Shown here: positions 29,451-38,753 of the stretch, in pieces
How the letters are laid out: each line of letters opens with the position of its first letter
Position numbering within the stretch: the first letter of the stretch is position 1
NCBI GenBank assembly: GCA_964643435.1
Contig: CAZXPY010000003.1
Coordinates: 20,344-84,343 of the forward strand
Length of the DNA stretch: 64,000 nucleotides
Source: an uncultured Gammaproteobacteria bacterium
GTDB lineage: Bacteria; Patescibacteriota; Microgenomatia; Woykebacterales; RBG-16-39-9b
Reading direction: 5' to 3'
The notes under the pieces: model-generated
The model's database searches: none
Seen by the model: the letters and a program-made list of their open reading frames with translations, nothing else
What the model was told of the DNA's origin: nothing
Translations under genes and position numbers: made by a program

Positions 29451-30947
29451 TTAAGATTTTATTATTTTTTCGGTAACTTTATAATCAAGTCTTTTGCCTA
29501 ATATTAATCGAGTGTGGGCATCCATTCCTGGCAGAGAATTAAATAAAAAAGCAGTTATTGGCATTAAGAGATATTGCAGGATGTTTAACGGCCAAAAAGT
29601 TTTCTTAATAGAGGCTGGTCTAGGCGGTTTTAACAACCAATCTACAACGATAACGGAAATAATGAAAACACTACAAAGTGTAAGAATTATCCCCGAAACT
29701 CTAGGTAGGTTATGTCCTAAAGCGGTAAACCTAAAAGCGGGATTAACTAATGGTGGTAGGACGGCGCCGAGAGTTAAGATCCACCAATTGACCGGCCAAA
29801 GAATATGTTGCTCAAGAGCCTTGACAAATCGGAAAATAAAGTTCCCTAACGAAACTTCCCGGCGGTGGCGGATGAACTCCTTAATTGCATAGGCGATATC
29901 CGTTACTCCCCAAGCCCACCGTCTTGATTGATTGTACTGGGAAATAAGGGATTTTAGATAAGTTTGTCCCTCCACAGCATCGGCAAATAAAGGGAGAAAA
30001 ATAGGCTCAATTTCAACCTCTCCTCTATGAGTAAAGAAGCATTTGAAAAATAAATGCCAATCTTCAGAAACTACATCTACATCCCAAAAATCGGCCCTTT
30101 CCACTAAGAGCCAACTTGCCGAATAAGTTGAATAATTAAAAATAGATTTTGGTCTCATTAAATCAGCTACTTGGGCTATCGAATAAAGGGTATGAACAAC
30201 TCTCACTGGCATCGGCACCCGCCAGATATTATTGTAAAATACTAGGGCTGCCTGCCAAAAACGCAAATAGCGTTTTTCATTTTTTAAAAATTGGTAAGTA
30301 AAATGAGAAAAATATTTTGGGTGAAAAGCAACATCCGCATCACAAGAAGTTATGGTGAGAAAATTTTTGTCAAAACCAGCAGTTTCAATCTTTTCTTTGA
30401 CGATCTTAGCAGCGTAAGCCATATTTGAAGACTTACCCACGACCTCTCCTTTTTTCAATTCATGATTTGTAATCCAGAAATTACCAAAAGTAGCCTCGAA
30501 CTCTTTTTTTAATTGACTTGCTTTAATTTCCGAGTCCCTTTCCCTACCTTCGGTCGCTAAACAAACATCAATTTGTTTAGTAGGAAATTCTTGTTCAGAT
30601 AAAAATGTAAGGGTTCGTCTTAAAATTAGCAAGGGTTCCTTATAAGTGGGGATAAATACAAGGTGACGGACTTTCGAATAATCTAATTTACTTGAATTTA
30701 ATTTGGCTACCCACGATTGCCTAGATACGTTTTGAATTCGTAGGTACGATCTTATTGAGTTTATACCAATATGAGTAGCTCGATAAAAAAAGTAAATGTC
30801 GAAGATTATGATGAAATAAGCAACCGCTTCCGGTACAAAAAAACTAGCCCATACTGGGGCGGTTAGTAAAGTCCAAGAGGTTATCCCCGGCAGAATTTCC
30901 AAAACCCGAGTTATTTGAGACTCATATTTTTCTAGAAACCTAACCAT
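29451..30947 (-). CDS. GT2-family membrane glycosyltransferase
   Basis: IPTYKE, GKSSN, DAD, SED, Q.RRWAWG. Confidence 0.88.
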   Translation of the reverse strand: MVRFLEKYESQITRVLEILPGITSWTLLTAPVWASFFVPEAVAYFIIIFDIYFFYRATHIGINSIRSYLRIQNVSRQSWVAKLNSSKLDYSKVRHLVFIPTYKEPLLILRRTLTFLSEQEFPTKQIDVCLATEGRERDSEIKASQLKKEFEATFGNFWITNHELKKGEVVGKSSNMAYAAKIVKEKIETAGFDKNFLTITSCDADVAFHPKYFSHFTYQFLKNEKRYLRFWQAALVFYNNIWRVPMPVRVVHTLYSIAQVADLMRPKSIFNYSTYSASWLLVERADFWDVDVVSEDWHLFFKCFFTHRGEVEIEPIFLPLFADAVEGQTYLKSLISQYNQSRRWAWGVTDIAYAIKEFIRHRREVSLGNFIFRFVKALEQHILWPVNWWILTLGAVLPPLVNPAFRFTALGHNLPRVSGIILTLCSVFIISVIVVDWLLKPPRPASIKKTFWPLNILQYLLMPITAFLFNSLPGMDAHTRLILGKRLDYKVTEKIIKS

Positions 30948-30972
30948 TTTGTTCTCATTCTACCACAGAAGT

Positions 30973-32358
30973 TTATTGCCTTGGGAATATTGGGCTGATG
31001 CTTTTGATTTTAGGAGAGGAGAATTGTTTTTCAATTTTTTGGCTAGTTTCGGGCATAAAAGGTTCCAAGTAAGTGGCGATCAGAAGCAATTTTTCGATAT
31101 AAGTTTCTAACACTTTTTTTAACTTTACGCCCCTTAAATTCCAAGGTTGGTCCTTATCTATATCAGAATTTAAGGAAGCTAAGAGATTAAAAGGAATTTT
31201 TAAAGCTTTTTCAAAACTTAAACTCTCGATAAACTCCCTAAATTTTGGATCGTAGTTTTCTTTACTAGACTTTGGCAAAATTAAAGTAGTGGTGCTAGCA
31301 AGCTTAGTAATTCTTGAGACCGTATTACCCAAACCATTAGCCAACTCTTTATTATATTTTTCTTTGAAAAGCTTCAAGGAAATATTACCATCTTCTCCAA
31401 AAGGAAAAATCGATAAAAGTAAAAATCTAGTGCCATCAGCTCCAAATCGGGCGATCAGGTCTTTTGGAGAAATAACATTGTCTAAACTTTTCGACATTTT
31501 TTCTCCTTCGATAGTAAAAAACCCGTGGGCAAAAATTTTTTTAGGTAATTCGTATCCAGCCGCCAAAAGCAAAGCTGGCCAAATAACAGCGTGAAACCAC
31601 AAAATATCCTTACCAATTAGATGTAAATCGGCCGGCCATACTTTTTGTTCCTTTCCGTAGGTTAAATAATTTATAAGTGCATCTACCCAGACATAAGTGG
31701 TTTGGCTTTTATCGAAAGGTAGTGGTATTCCCCAATGCAAAGCCTCCCTTGAGATTGAAATATCCTCCAAACCCTGTTTTAATTTTCCTAAAACCTCATT
31801 TTTACGTTTTGTCGGCGCAATTTCAATTTCACCACTAGAAATTTTCTTGGTTAGCTCTTTTTGAAAGAACGAGAGCTTAAAGAAATAGTTAAGCTCTCGG
31901 TAGGGTACCGGCTTGGTATGATGCTCCGGGCATTTTCCAGCAACAATTTCATCGCCAGTTAAAAATTTTTCGTGACCAACACAATACAAACCTTCGTAGA
32001 TTCCTTTATAGATAACACCCTTTTTGTAAAGAATATTTAAAAAATCCCCAACCTCATTTTTATGGTTCGTATCAGTTGTACGAATGAAATAATCGTTAGA
32101 AATGTTTAAAAAGCGCCAATTATCTTTGTAGCTGTCCGCAACAGTATCTGCAAATTTTTTAGTTAAAACACCCTTCCTTTTGGCAGCCAGTTCAATTTTT
32201 ACTCCGTGTTCGTCAGTACCGGTTAAAAAATAAACTTTATGAGCTAAATTTCGATAAAAACGAGCTAAAACATCAGCGGCTACGGTTGTATAAGCATGGC
32301 CGATATGGGGAAGATCGTTTACGTAATAAATTGGGGTAGTGATAAAAAATTTTTTCAT
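30973..32358 (-). CDS. metG: Methionine-tRNA ligase (short type)
   Basis: TTPIYYVN..PHIGHAY, GTDEHG, YVWVDALINY, KMSKS. Confidence 0.97.
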   Translation of the reverse strand: MKKFFITTPIYYVNDLPHIGHAYTTVAADVLARFYRNLAHKVYFLTGTDEHGVKIELAAKRKGVLTKKFADTVADSYKDNWRFLNISNDYFIRTTDTNHKNEVGDFLNILYKKGVIYKGIYEGLYCVGHEKFLTGDEIVAGKCPEHHTKPVPYRELNYFFKLSFFQKELTKKISSGEIEIAPTKRKNEVLGKLKQGLEDISISREALHWGIPLPFDKSQTTYVWVDALINYLTYGKEQKVWPADLHLIGKDILWFHAVIWPALLLAAGYELPKKIFAHGFFTIEGEKMSKSLDNVISPKDLIARFGADGTRFLLLSIFPFGEDGNISLKLFKEKYNKELANGLGNTVSRITKLASTTTLILPKSSKENYDPKFREFIESLSFEKALKIPFNLLASLNSDIDKDQPWNLRGVKLKKVLETYIEKLLLIATYLEPFMPETSQKIEKQFSSPKIKSISPIFPRQ

Positions 32359-32383
32359 TTTATTTGTAAAAGAGATGAAGATC

Positions 32384-32752
32384 TCATTTTTGACTCCAAT
32401 AAATTTCTAAAATAAAAGCCACTGAAACTAGCAGAACAATATTTAACCAAGTAGCTAATTTTAACAGGAGAAGTAATAAAATTAAAGTTAGACTAGTAGA
32501 AAAAAATACACCCCTTCTAATACTCAAACGAACCTGACGACTAGAAGCCATCAATTTTTTATCTTTAAAAATAAACGAAAAAAAATATAAAAATAGGCTA
32601 GCACTAGAGCTTAAAAGAAGCCAAAAGCTCCCAAAAAAATAAAATAAATTTTGTAAGACAAAGCGATCTTCAATCTTTGGCGGTAGGAAAAAAATTGTTA
32701 AAGTTAAAATTGAGCCGGATATTAAAATGACGGAACCTAAAATGAAAACCAC
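32384..32752 (-). CDS. Hypothetical membrane protein
   Basis: Four hydrophobic segments; 'SIRRG' motif. Confidence 0.7.
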   Translation of the reverse strand: MVFILGSVILISGSILTLTIFFLPPKIEDRFVLQNLFYFFGSFWLLLSSSASLFLYFFSFIFKDKKLMASSRQVRLSIRRGVFFSTSLTLILLLLLLKLATWLNIVLLVSVAFILEIYWSQK

Positions 32753-32830
32753 TAGTTTAATTTTAATATTCTTTAATTTTTAAAACAATTTTTGCTTCCC
32801 TTTTTCACTCCTTTTTGTTAAGATCCTTTT

Positions 32831-33901
32831 GTGGATCAAAATACTCTTTTAATTATAATCGTGGCTATTCTTTTGGTTGGGTTTTTTATTTTCTTTCGGC
32901 AAATCCAAGATTTGCGCACTGGACGTGATAAGGATAAATCCCAAGAAATACTGCTCAAATGGCTAGAAGAAATGCGTTCCAGTGTCGATAAAAATACAGA
33001 AACTTTGCAAAAAAGATTGGAAGCTACCAATAAAGCGATAAATGAGCGGCTAGATAATGCTGCCAAGGTAATCGGTATGGTTGGCAAAGAAGTTGGTCAA
33101 ATGAGTGAAATTGGTCGAAGTATGAAAGAGCTACAGGATTTTCTACGTAGTCCCAAGCTACGCGGTAATATCGGTGAGCAAGTTTTACGAGAACTTTTAG
33201 GGCAATTTTTACCTAAAGAGAGCTTTCACTTACAATATCGGTTCCTTAGTGGTGAGATAGTGGATGCGGCGATAAAAACCGATTCCGGTATTATTCCAAT
33301 TGATTCAAAATTTCCAATGGAAAATTTTAAAGAGATTATGAAAGCGGAAAGTGAAGAAGAGAAGAAACTCTACGAGAAAGAATTTAGCCGCGATGTTAGA
33401 AAACACATCGATGATATTGCCAAAAAGTACATTTTACCGGAAGAAGGGACGATTGATTACGCTTTGATGTACGTTCCTTCGGAGCCAGTTTACTATGAGA
33501 TTATGAGCAATATTCCTGAACTTTCTGATTACTCCCATAAAAAAAGGGTGTTGCCAGTTTCCCCATCCACTTTTTACGCGTATATGCGGGCGATTTTAAT
33601 GAGTTTTGAAGGAAAAAAGATTGAAGAGCGCGCCCGGTCGATTTTGACAGCGCTTCGGGGGATTAAAGGAGACAGTGAAAAATTTGGCGAGGCTCTTCGT
33701 ATTCTTACCAAACACGTCACCGATACCAAGAACACTGCCGATCTTGTTAATGCCCGCTACATTTCGCTACACTCAAAGATAGACACGGCTGGTGGTTTAA
33801 AAGGTACAACTAGCAAGACCCTTGAGGAACCCGAAACCTTATCACTCGAAGAAGAGGAAGCCACTTCAGATGTGGCGGGAGAGATCACCGAAGAAAGGTA
33901 G
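32831..33901 (+). CDS. rmuC: DNA recombination protein RmuC
   Basis: KLRGNIGE, IDSKFP, KYI, MYVPSE, SPST. Confidence 0.92.
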   Translation: MDQNTLLIIIVAILLVGFFIFFRQIQDLRTGRDKDKSQEILLKWLEEMRSSVDKNTETLQKRLEATNKAINERLDNAAKVIGMVGKEVGQMSEIGRSMKELQDFLRSPKLRGNIGEQVLRELLGQFLPKESFHLQYRFLSGEIVDAAIKTDSGIIPIDSKFPMENFKEIMKAESEEEKKLYEKEFSRDVRKHIDDIAKKYILPEEGTIDYALMYVPSEPVYYEIMSNIPELSDYSHKKRVLPVSPSTFYAYMRAILMSFEGKKIEERARSILTALRGIKGDSEKFGEALRILTKHVTDTKNTADLVNARYISLHSKIDTAGGLKGTTSKTLEEPETLSLEEEEATSDVAGEITEER

Positions 33902-33920
33902 AAAGAGACGGTAACCCATT

Positions 33921-33955
33921 GTCGGCTTGCAACCGCAGGTCGGCGTTTTCTTTTT
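33921..33955 (+). terminator. Intrinsic terminator after rmuC
   Basis: GTCGGCTTGC/GCAGGTCGGC stem followed by a T-rich tract. Confidence 0.6.
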
Positions 33956-34088
33956 AGTGATTAGTCCACGAAGTGGTCGCAGCATTCGGTAGTCCTTAGC
34001 CCTACGGGCGCAGAGCGCGAAGCGATCTTAATTACCTTCGCGATTAGCGAATGAATTTAGTTACGGGGAATGCTAAAATAATTTCGCA

Positions 34089-37025
34089 ATGAGTGAGGTT
34101 TTGGTTGGGTTAAATAGGCAGCAGAAAGAAGCGGTGACTACCACGGAGGGACCGCTTTTAATAATTGCTGGGGCGGGTACTGGCAAAACCACGGTTATTA
34201 CTCGCCGCATTGCCTACATAATTGAGCAAAAACTCGCGAAACCCTCTGAAATTTTAGCCCTCACTTTTACGGAAAAAGCGGCTGGAGAGATGGAAGAAAG
34301 AGTTGATGTGCTTGTTCCTTACGGCTATATTGATACCTGGATTAGTACCTTTCATGCCTTTGGAGAACGAATCTTGCGCGAAAACGCACTTGAGTTAGGT
34401 CTAACCCCTGATTTTAAAGTTCTAACAAGAAGCGCCCAAATTTTATTTTTCCAACAAAATCTGTTTTCTTTCGATTTAAATTTTTACCGACCGCTTTCTA
34501 ATCCCACTAAATTTATTGAAGCCATCTTAAATTTTATCAGTCGACTTAAGGATGAAGATATCACGCCTCAACAATATCTTCGATATGTTGAGAAGTTAAA
34601 AGTGAAAAGTTCAAAGTCAAAAATTGACAAAGAAGAAAAGAAAGAGTCGGAAATTGAAATTAAAAGGCAGGAAGAGCTGGCAAAAGTTTACGAGCAATAC
34701 GAACAGTTAAAATTACAAGCTGGTTTTCTGGATTTTGGGGATTTGGTGGTGCGGACACTGCGTTTTTTAAGAAAAAATAAAAAACAATTAAAAAAATACC
34801 AAGAAAAATTTAAATATATTTTAGTGGATGAGTTTCAAGACACAAATTGGGCCCAAAACGAATTAGTCAAACTTTTAGCTTCTGAAAAAGCAAACTTAGC
34901 CGTGGTCGCTGATGATGATCAAAGTATTTATCGTTTTCGGGGAGCCTCAATTAGTAATGTTTTAGATTTTAAAAAAACCTACGCAACCGCTAAAATCGTT
35001 ACTTTGTTTGAAAATTACCGCTCAAACCAAGCCGTTTTGGATAGTGCCTACGCTCTTATCCAAAAAAATAACCCCGATCGTCTCGAAGTAAGAGAAAAAA
35101 TTAATAAAAAACTAATTTCTAGGGTTGGTAAAGGAATTACCCCCCAGGAACTTTTTAGCCCGAACTTAACTGAAGAGGCAGATTTAGTAGCAGCGGAAAT
35201 CAAAAAACTAGTAATTAATAGAAAAATGCAATATAAAGAGGTTGCCATTTTAGTTAGAGCCAATAATCAAGCCGATTCCTTTATCCGCGCTTTAAATATA
35301 AAAGGTATTCCCAGTAAGTTGATAACCTCTTTTGGTTTGTACAATTCAAGTGAAATTAAACTTTTAATTTCGGCTTTAAACGCAATGTCTAATTTTGATA
35401 ATTCCGCTGCTCTCTTTAATTTAGCGACTGCCGAGATTTATAAACTACCGATGGAGGACGCTATCAAACTTAATAGTTTTGCTAGAAGAAAAGGCCGTAA
35501 TTTGTACCTCATTTTTCAAAAGGCAGAGAGCTTAAAGGAGACTTTGGAGTTAAGTGACGAGGGTTTAGGAAAAGTTAAAAGGATTTTACAAGATTTACAA
35601 ATTTTACTTGAATTATCCCGTAAGGAAAATGTCGGCAAAGTTTTATTTGAATTTTTAAGATTAAGTGGTTATTTGAAGGAATTAGAATCGGAAAATAGCT
35701 CCGAAGCAGAGGTTAAGATCCAAAATATCGCTAAATTTTTCACCAAAATTAAGGAGTTTATTGACACCTCTTCCAACGAATCAGTGTCAGCCTTTGTTGA
35801 TTATTTGGAAACTTTAAAAGGGTTTGGGGAGGATCCTGGTTCCGCGGCATACGATCCCGATTTAAATGCGGTTAACGTAATGACGATCCACGCTGCTAAA
35901 GGATTAGAATTTAGAGCGGTTTTTTTAGTAAATCTTGTTTCTGATCGGTTTCCCACTAGAGAGCGGCCAGACAAAATAGAAGTTCCTTCAGAGTTGATAA
36001 AAGAAACTCTACCAAGCGGAGATTACCATTTGGAGGAGGAAAGGCGATTATTTTATGTTGGTATGACAAGAGCTAAAGAGCTTCTTTATCTTTCCTGGTC
36101 ACGTGATAGCGGTGGTAAAAGAGTCAAAAAAATATCCCCTTTTTTGGTTGAAGCTTTGGGAAAATCAAAAGCAGTTTTGGCGGCTACCTCTGATCTTGAA
36201 AAAATTGAAAAGTTTGCCGCTCCTACCGCCGTAAAACCAATAAAGGAAGAAATTAAAATTTTGAAACTAACTCAAGGATCGATTGATGATTATAGAACCT
36301 GCGCTTACAAATACCGTTACGCTCACGTTTTAAAAGTGCCAATCTTACGCCACCACCCGGTGGTATATGGAGCCGCCCTACACCAAGCCGTGGCCGCTTT
36401 TTGGCAAACGAAATTAGCCCAAAAGTCTCCAAAACTGGAAGCTGTTTTGGAAGTGTTCGAACGCTACTTCGAATCAGAAGGATTTCTGTCAAAAGAGCAC
36501 GAGGAAAGAAGACTTTTAGTCGGGAAAAAAGTTTTACGCTCTTTTTGGAATCGAGAAAAAGATACTAAAAACCTCCCCACCTTTATTGAAAAAGAATTCC
36601 GGTTCAGTCTTGGCGATATTTTAATTAACGGTCGTTTCGATCGAGTTGATATTGATCCGGCAACTGCCGGAGTAAGAATTATTGATTATAAAGCCAGTGA
36701 AAGTAAGACTTTACCAGAGTTAGAAAAAGAGGCAAAAAATAGCGTACAGCTTAAAATTTACGCTCTTGGATATTATAAAAATTACAACGTTGTTCCTAAC
36801 AGTCTGGGAATTTACGCCTTAGAGTCTGGATTAGTTGGGGAATACAGACCTTCTTCAGAAATTTTGGAAGAAACTGAAAATTTAGTTAAAGAAGTTGCCG
36901 GCGACGTGCGCAAAAATTTAAAAGAGGATTATTTTCCGGCTAACCCGATTTATTTTGGGGAAAAAATCGCCTGTTTTTACTGCGCCTACGAATCCATTTG
37001 TCCTTTCAGCAAAGCCAACCGATAG
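34089..37025 (+). CDS. UvrD/PcrA helicase fused to PD-(D/E)XK nuclease with 4-Cys Fe-S staple (AdnA/B-like)
   Basis: AGAGTGKT, VDEFQD, TIHAAKGLEF, EERRLFYVGMTRA; C-terminal GRFDRVD, IIDYK, Q...Y, one Cys plus CxxCx5C. Confidence 0.9.
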   Translation: MSEVLVGLNRQQKEAVTTTEGPLLIIAGAGTGKTTVITRRIAYIIEQKLAKPSEILALTFTEKAAGEMEERVDVLVPYGYIDTWISTFHAFGERILRENALELGLTPDFKVLTRSAQILFFQQNLFSFDLNFYRPLSNPTKFIEAILNFISRLKDEDITPQQYLRYVEKLKVKSSKSKIDKEEKKESEIEIKRQEELAKVYEQYEQLKLQAGFLDFGDLVVRTLRFLRKNKKQLKKYQEKFKYILVDEFQDTNWAQNELVKLLASEKANLAVVADDDQSIYRFRGASISNVLDFKKTYATAKIVTLFENYRSNQAVLDSAYALIQKNNPDRLEVREKINKKLISRVGKGITPQELFSPNLTEEADLVAAEIKKLVINRKMQYKEVAILVRANNQADSFIRALNIKGIPSKLITSFGLYNSSEIKLLISALNAMSNFDNSAALFNLATAEIYKLPMEDAIKLNSFARRKGRNLYLIFQKAESLKETLELSDEGLGKVKRILQDLQILLELSRKENVGKVLFEFLRLSGYLKELESENSSEAEVKIQNIAKFFTKIKEFIDTSSNESVSAFVDYLETLKGFGEDPGSAAYDPDLNAVNVMTIHAAKGLEFRAVFLVNLVSDRFPTRERPDKIEVPSELIKETLPSGDYHLEEERRLFYVGMTRAKELLYLSWSRDSGGKRVKKISPFLVEALGKSKAVLAATSDLEKIEKFAAPTAVKPIKEEIKILKLTQGSIDDYRTCAYKYRYAHVLKVPILRHHPVVYGAALHQAVAAFWQTKLAQKSPKLEAVLEVFERYFESEGFLSKEHEERRLLVGKKVLRSFWNREKDTKNLPTFIEKEFRFSLGDILINGRFDRVDIDPATAGVRIIDYKASESKTLPELEKEAKNSVQLKIYALGYYKNYNVVPNSLGIYALESGLVGEYRPSSEILEETENLVKEVAGDVRKNLKEDYFPANPIYFGEKIACFYCAYESICPFSKANR

Positions 37026-37037
37026 TCAATTTTATAA

Positions 37038-37076
37038 CCTCTAGTAGTTGACAAAAGGATATAAATATGGTATAGT
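37038..37076 (+). promoter_or_regulatory. Consensus sigma70 promoter with upstream CCTCTAG motif
   Basis: TTGACA (37048)-17 nt-TGgTATAGT (37071-37076). Confidence 0.8.
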
Positions 37077-37133
37077 AATTACATTAAATCCCCGCCTGGG
37101 GAATGGATTCATATTTTGGACAGGAGGTTCACA

Positions 37134-37298
37134 GTGTCTGGTCGGCAATTCGCGTCCTACGTGTACGGGAGCAACCGGCCCAAGAGTCAGCGGCCGTTCG
37201 AAGGTAGCGCACCACTGCGCAACCGCGACGCCCGCAACAGCCAGATCGTCAAGCCTAAGGAGGACAGCAAATCCTTCTGGGCGAAGGCCAACTGGTAG
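37134..37298 (+). CDS. Putative 54-aa basic protein
   Basis: AGGAGG SD then GTG; MSGRQFASYVYGSNRPKSQRPFEGSAPLRNRDARNSQIVKPKEDSKSFWAKANW; C/G-rich third positions. Confidence 0.65.
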   Translation: MSGRQFASYVYGSNRPKSQRPFEGSAPLRNRDARNSQIVKPKEDSKSFWAKANW

Positions 37299-37310
37299 GA
37301 CCCGCCAACA

Positions 37311-37409
37311 CCGCCGAAGAAATTCAAGGGAAAGTTTCGGCGGCAAGAATCCGTCTGAAGGGGTAGACGAAGCTCAATGCAACGCCTACCCCTTCCTCTT
37401 TACTTTTAC
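37311..37409 (+). terminator. Tandem hairpins ending the 54-aa gene unit
   Basis: CCGCCGAA/TTCGGCGG, then GAAGGGGTAG/CTACCCCTTC followed by CTCTTTACTTTTAC. Confidence 0.65.
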
Positions 37410-37460
37410 AACACAGCTGGTATAATCCGTCTCGGAATTGCTAATCAAAGGAGGGGATCC

Positions 37461-37919
37461 TTGCAGGTAGAGTACGAGACGAAAAAAGTCCCCAAGGATT
37501 ATAGGGGAGTGAGCGAGACGGCGACTCTTTTACAAGCAGTTTGCGATGTGCGGTTGTCCCCAAACTTTTACTACCCAGTAACGATTAATATTTTTGTAGA
37601 TGAAGAAACCGTAGAAACAAGAAACGTTGAGGTGACCCTACCTTATTATAACTTGGTGGGTAATCACTATATCTTGGTTAGGGACCAAAGAACCGCGGTT
37701 ATCAAGGCGGCATTGAAGAAAGACGAAGAAGCCTTCTTAGAAGCCTTCCAATCACCGGCGGCTGTTTCAGTACGCAAGCGGGGAAATCTCACCTGGCTTG
37801 TTTTTGCCCAAACAAACGGTAGCACCCCTAACGCCTCCCTCTTTCGCGGGGAAGCACTGGCAGGAGAGCGTGTAATCTGGAAAAACAAGATGCACGATCT
37901 CCGAATCACCAGTATTTAG
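37461..37919 (+). CDS. Hypothetical protein (152 aa)
   Basis: TGgTATAAT at 37418-37426, AAAGGAGG SD, TTG start. Confidence 0.65.
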   Translation: MQVEYETKKVPKDYRGVSETATLLQAVCDVRLSPNFYYPVTINIFVDEETVETRNVEVTLPYYNLVGNHYILVRDQRTAVIKAALKKDEEAFLEAFQSPAAVSVRKRGNLTWLVFAQTNGSTPNASLFRGEALAGERVIWKNKMHDLRITSI

Positions 37920-37928
37920 ACTATGGGG

Positions 37929-37957
37929 TTGACAAAGCCTCGTAGTTATAGTATAAT
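37929..37957 (+). promoter_or_regulatory. Consensus sigma70 promoter
   Basis: TTGACA-17-TATAAT. Confidence 0.8.
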
Positions 37958-38060
37958 AATCGACAACTAAGCTCAAAATAAGCCGCTGAAAGGAGAGTAG
38001 AAAGCGCGGCAAGAGCAAGTACACCTTATCCGTAAGTGCCTTGAAACTTTGGAGGTTACC

Positions 38061-38531
38061 TTGTCTCCAACACGGAGAATCCAAGATCAGCGTTTCGAGT
38101 GTAGCGTCGGGGTCGCGTCGTACTGCCTCAAATCCGCTCGTCTCGACGAGGACTTCAACATCAGGTCCCGCGACCAGGACATCCCGGCCCTCTGGGTCAA
38201 AACCAGCCGGGAAAGGGACGAGATGAGGGCGGAGGTGAAGGACCTGGTCGTCATCTGCGCTCCCTGCCGGGGATTCCTCATTCAGCGGTCCAAAGAGACC
38301 GGGAAGAAGATCGAGATGTCCCCCTTGAGGGATGTTCTCGCCCGCCGGGAGGATTCCGCCCGCCGCGAGGCCGACCGCGAGTCCACTAGAGCCGCTGCGA
38401 TCGCAAAGGCAGACGCCTTCCTGGACAAGCACGGGGAGCCGGCGGAACCTACAGCAGTCGCCGTCGCTCTCGAAGGGGCAGGGATCGACGCCGCCGGCAA
38501 GACTTTGGTCGAGGCCGGAGGCAAGAAGTAG
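38061..38531 (+). CDS. Hypothetical GC-rich protein, possible Zn site (156 aa)
   Basis: GGAGG SD then TTG; Cx7C...CxxC; charged helical C-terminal half. Confidence 0.7.
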   Translation: MSPTRRIQDQRFECSVGVASYCLKSARLDEDFNIRSRDQDIPALWVKTSRERDEMRAEVKDLVVICAPCRGFLIQRSKETGKKIEMSPLRDVLARREDSARREADRESTRAAAIAKADAFLDKHGEPAEPTAVAVALEGAGIDAAGKTLVEAGGKK

Positions 38532-38549
38532 CCCCTGTCGTACCGAAGA

Positions 38550-38596
38550 GGACCTTGTTGATGTTCAACTCATCACCAAGGTCCTTTTTTATTTTT
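38550..38596 (+). terminator. Intrinsic terminator
   Basis: GGACCTTGTTGATG/CATCACCAAGGTCC stem followed by TTTTTTATTTTT. Confidence 0.8.
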
Positions 38597-38655
38597 AAAA
38601 TTGCAAAAAAAGAGTATTAGTTTAATATACCGCATACCTTTGATGAGGTAATAAT

Positions 38656-38694
38656 CCTATAGCCTGTTGATTTTCGAATTTTTTATGATATAAT
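38656..38694 (+). promoter_or_regulatory. Promoter of the second NYN gene with upstream CCTATAG motif
   Basis: TTGATT-16-TGaTATAAT. Confidence 0.6.
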
Positions 38695-38753
38695 CAAACC
38701 GCTCTCATTGAGCAGAACCTTTACAAGTTAATTAAAAGCAGAAAGGAGCAGTT

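Noticed and set aside
37041-38598. Overlapping alternative ORFs (37041-37346, 37048-37425, 37767-38432, 38282-38524, 38332-38598)
   Set aside because: No SD; starts fall in promoter boxes or antisense to SD-led ORFs in GC-rich DNA
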